DNA of 64,000 nt. Origin: Lytechinus pictus. Taxonomy: Eukaryota. Location of the stretch: positions 41,976,001 through 42,040,000 of the forward strand of contig NC_087245.1 in assembly GCF_037042905.1 (NCBI RefSeq), in the 5' to 3' direction. Shown piece after piece: positions 62,309 to 64,000 of this stretch (position 1 is the first letter of the stretch; every line of letters starts with the position of its first letter). The notes beneath the pieces were generated by a model. It searched no databases. It had not been told where the DNA came from and saw only the letters and a program-made list of their open reading frames with translations. A program made the translations under genes and the position numbers.

Positions 62309-62781
62309 GTCCGACTCCTTTATAATTGTTGGGTCTATGTCACTGGTCCGGGATTGTGCACATTCTGTGCACGCTGGACCAGGCCATCTGAAAAAAAGTG
62401 AAAAGACCTTACAAGAAAAGAGGCTTAGCTTTGCTTTAAACAATCTGTCACACGAATAGGATTGGGCCACTCAAAACATTCAAAGCAGTCCAGTGACTAC
62501 ACACATGATCTGCAACTTTCAGACAATATTTATAACGACCTTAATTCCTTTCAACGAGTTCGTTATTCGACGAGAAAACCAATTAGTAATTGGTGTATGT
62601 ACTTCGCAAATTAAGTCAGTTTCCAGATTTTTATGTTTCAAATGCAAATCATCATCAGTTCATATTCATCTCTTTCAGGGAAAAAGACCTACACAGAAAC
62701 TGCATGTTGTAAACTGTCAGAACAACAATCGATCATTTAATGCAAACAAGTTCAAATTGTTGTTAACAAAGACTTCGCAAC

Positions 62782-63262
62782 ATGGTTGATGCAGTGATCG
62801 CCAAGAGTCCGTTTAAGATCCACACAATGGAGATGAACGTTGGTGGAGATCCTCTGCGGATTGTTGTCTCTGGTTATCCTGAAATGAAGGGTGACACCCT
62901 CCTGGAGAGGTATCGCTTCACCCGGGATCACTTGGATCACATCCGAAGGGCCATCATCCTTGAGCCAAGGGGTCACTACGACATGTGGGGAGCCATTCCC
63001 ATCAAGCCAGACAACCCTGAGGCGCACATTGGAGCGTGCTATCTTAACGCAGAAGGGTACAATTTCATGTGCGGTCACGCCACCATTGGTCTTGCCAGAT
63101 ATACCGTCGACTCTGGCTTGGTCGAAAAGACGTCCCCTGAGACACAGCTGAACATCCAACTGCCTTGCGGTCTACTGAAAGCTTATGTGGAATACAACGA
63201 AGAGACGAAAACAACGGGCAGAACAAGATTCACCAGCGTTCCCGCTTTTTTGTGGGAAAAGG
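62782..63262 (+). CDS. L3HYPDH: Proline racemase family protein, trans-L-3-hydroxyproline dehydratase-like, first coding exon (160 aa); rest of gene beyond the window
   Basis: GGDPLRIVVSGYP, LEPRGHYDMWGA, EGYNFMCGHATIGL, PCGLLKA, RFTSVPAF. Donor G|gtagga after 63262 and a 5'-UTR acceptor ctctttcag at about 62678. The symbol is by family resemblance and this may be a paralogue. Confidence 0.85.
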
Positions 63263-63389
63263 GTAGGACTCTTTATATTATATATCGTTGTTCTACATTT
63301 TCCAACCAAAGGATTACTACAGTATGTACAAGTTGAAGTTTTATTACCCATAAAAATAAGTCACGTTGAGATTGTAATCTTCACGTTTT

Positions 63390-63520
63390 GCACATGTTTA
63401 TTGCTTTCAAACCGGGCACAATCTTTATATATGAAATATCAATAATATCAAGTATTATGAAGATAACGTAGTGGTGTTCCACAAGGCTCTTTCATGGGAC
63501 CCACCCTTTATCAAACATGA
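63390..63520 (+). mobile_element. Highly decayed LINE RT fragment
   Basis: LSNRAQ ... SGVPQGSFMGP remnants. A second remnant (IDVIYLDF) lies at about 61235. Confidence 0.5.
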
Positions 63521-64000
63521 ACTATGCCCAAGATTTAAGTTTATGTACGATCAGAATACATGACTGAAGTAAGTAATAATTCATTTATTCAGTGATTGCT
63601 ACTTAAATTCGGAATTTGTTTAAATGACCTTTAACTCTGGTCATATCAAACTTTTATTGTGGATGCTATTAGAAGACTGTCTGTAAAAAATAAAGCTAAT
63701 AGACTTGTCTTTACAATACCAACTACAAGTTTTTGGCTCTTCGAGCATCCGAAAAAAAAAAATCTCTCCTGAATATCCCCGAATCATAACACTTCAAAAT
63801 TTCTTCCGACGAGCCAGAGATGATCTCACTTATTTCATTATTATCAACTAGTTATTATTAAACAGAATCTATTCTTATATTTATTGAAGAAATGGTAAAG
63901 ATAAAGCAAGGTATAGCGTGGATATTTTTGATAAAGTTTTAACCCCGTCATCATCGATTAATACTTTCAATAGATGCCGAGATAGAGGTTCCTGGGTTCG

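Noticed and set aside
61230..63520. Idea that the L3HYPDH-like exon inserted into a single LINE
   Set aside because: The two RT remnants appear to overlap in domain position and are too decayed to link. Two independent fragments is the simpler explanation.

Overview
AT-rich, repeat-dense eukaryotic genomic DNA with GT-AG spliced genes. The repeat types and gene structures suggest a marine invertebrate deuterostome, probably a sea urchin (inference). Protein-coding content rebuilt by hand: (1) ten minus-strand exons (7903-18756) of a single-lipoyl-domain pyruvate dehydrogenase E2 (DLAT-like) gene, whose first coding exon and catalytic C-terminal exons were not found; (2) a complete 9-coding-exon gene (50522-54993, minus) for an atypical 612-aa non-RD protein kinase with a coiled coil and a 10x decapeptide repeat; (3) the first coding exon of a divergent proline-racemase-family (L3HYPDH-like) gene (62782-63262, plus). 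Mobile DNA includes a Tx1-clade L1 inserted in a (TTC)n microsatellite with an internal deletion, a decayed RTE LINE inside a foldback element, tRNA-derived SINEs, Helentron/DINE-like elements and many nested non-autonomous DNA transposons. The most notable structure is a 17.6-kb block (40852-58439) bounded by two direct copies of a 1.9-kb hAT-like element. It contains the whole kinase gene and may be a compound transposon or a repeat-mediated gene insertion. Most ORFs in the supplied track are spurious (microsatellite, low-complexity or antisense).
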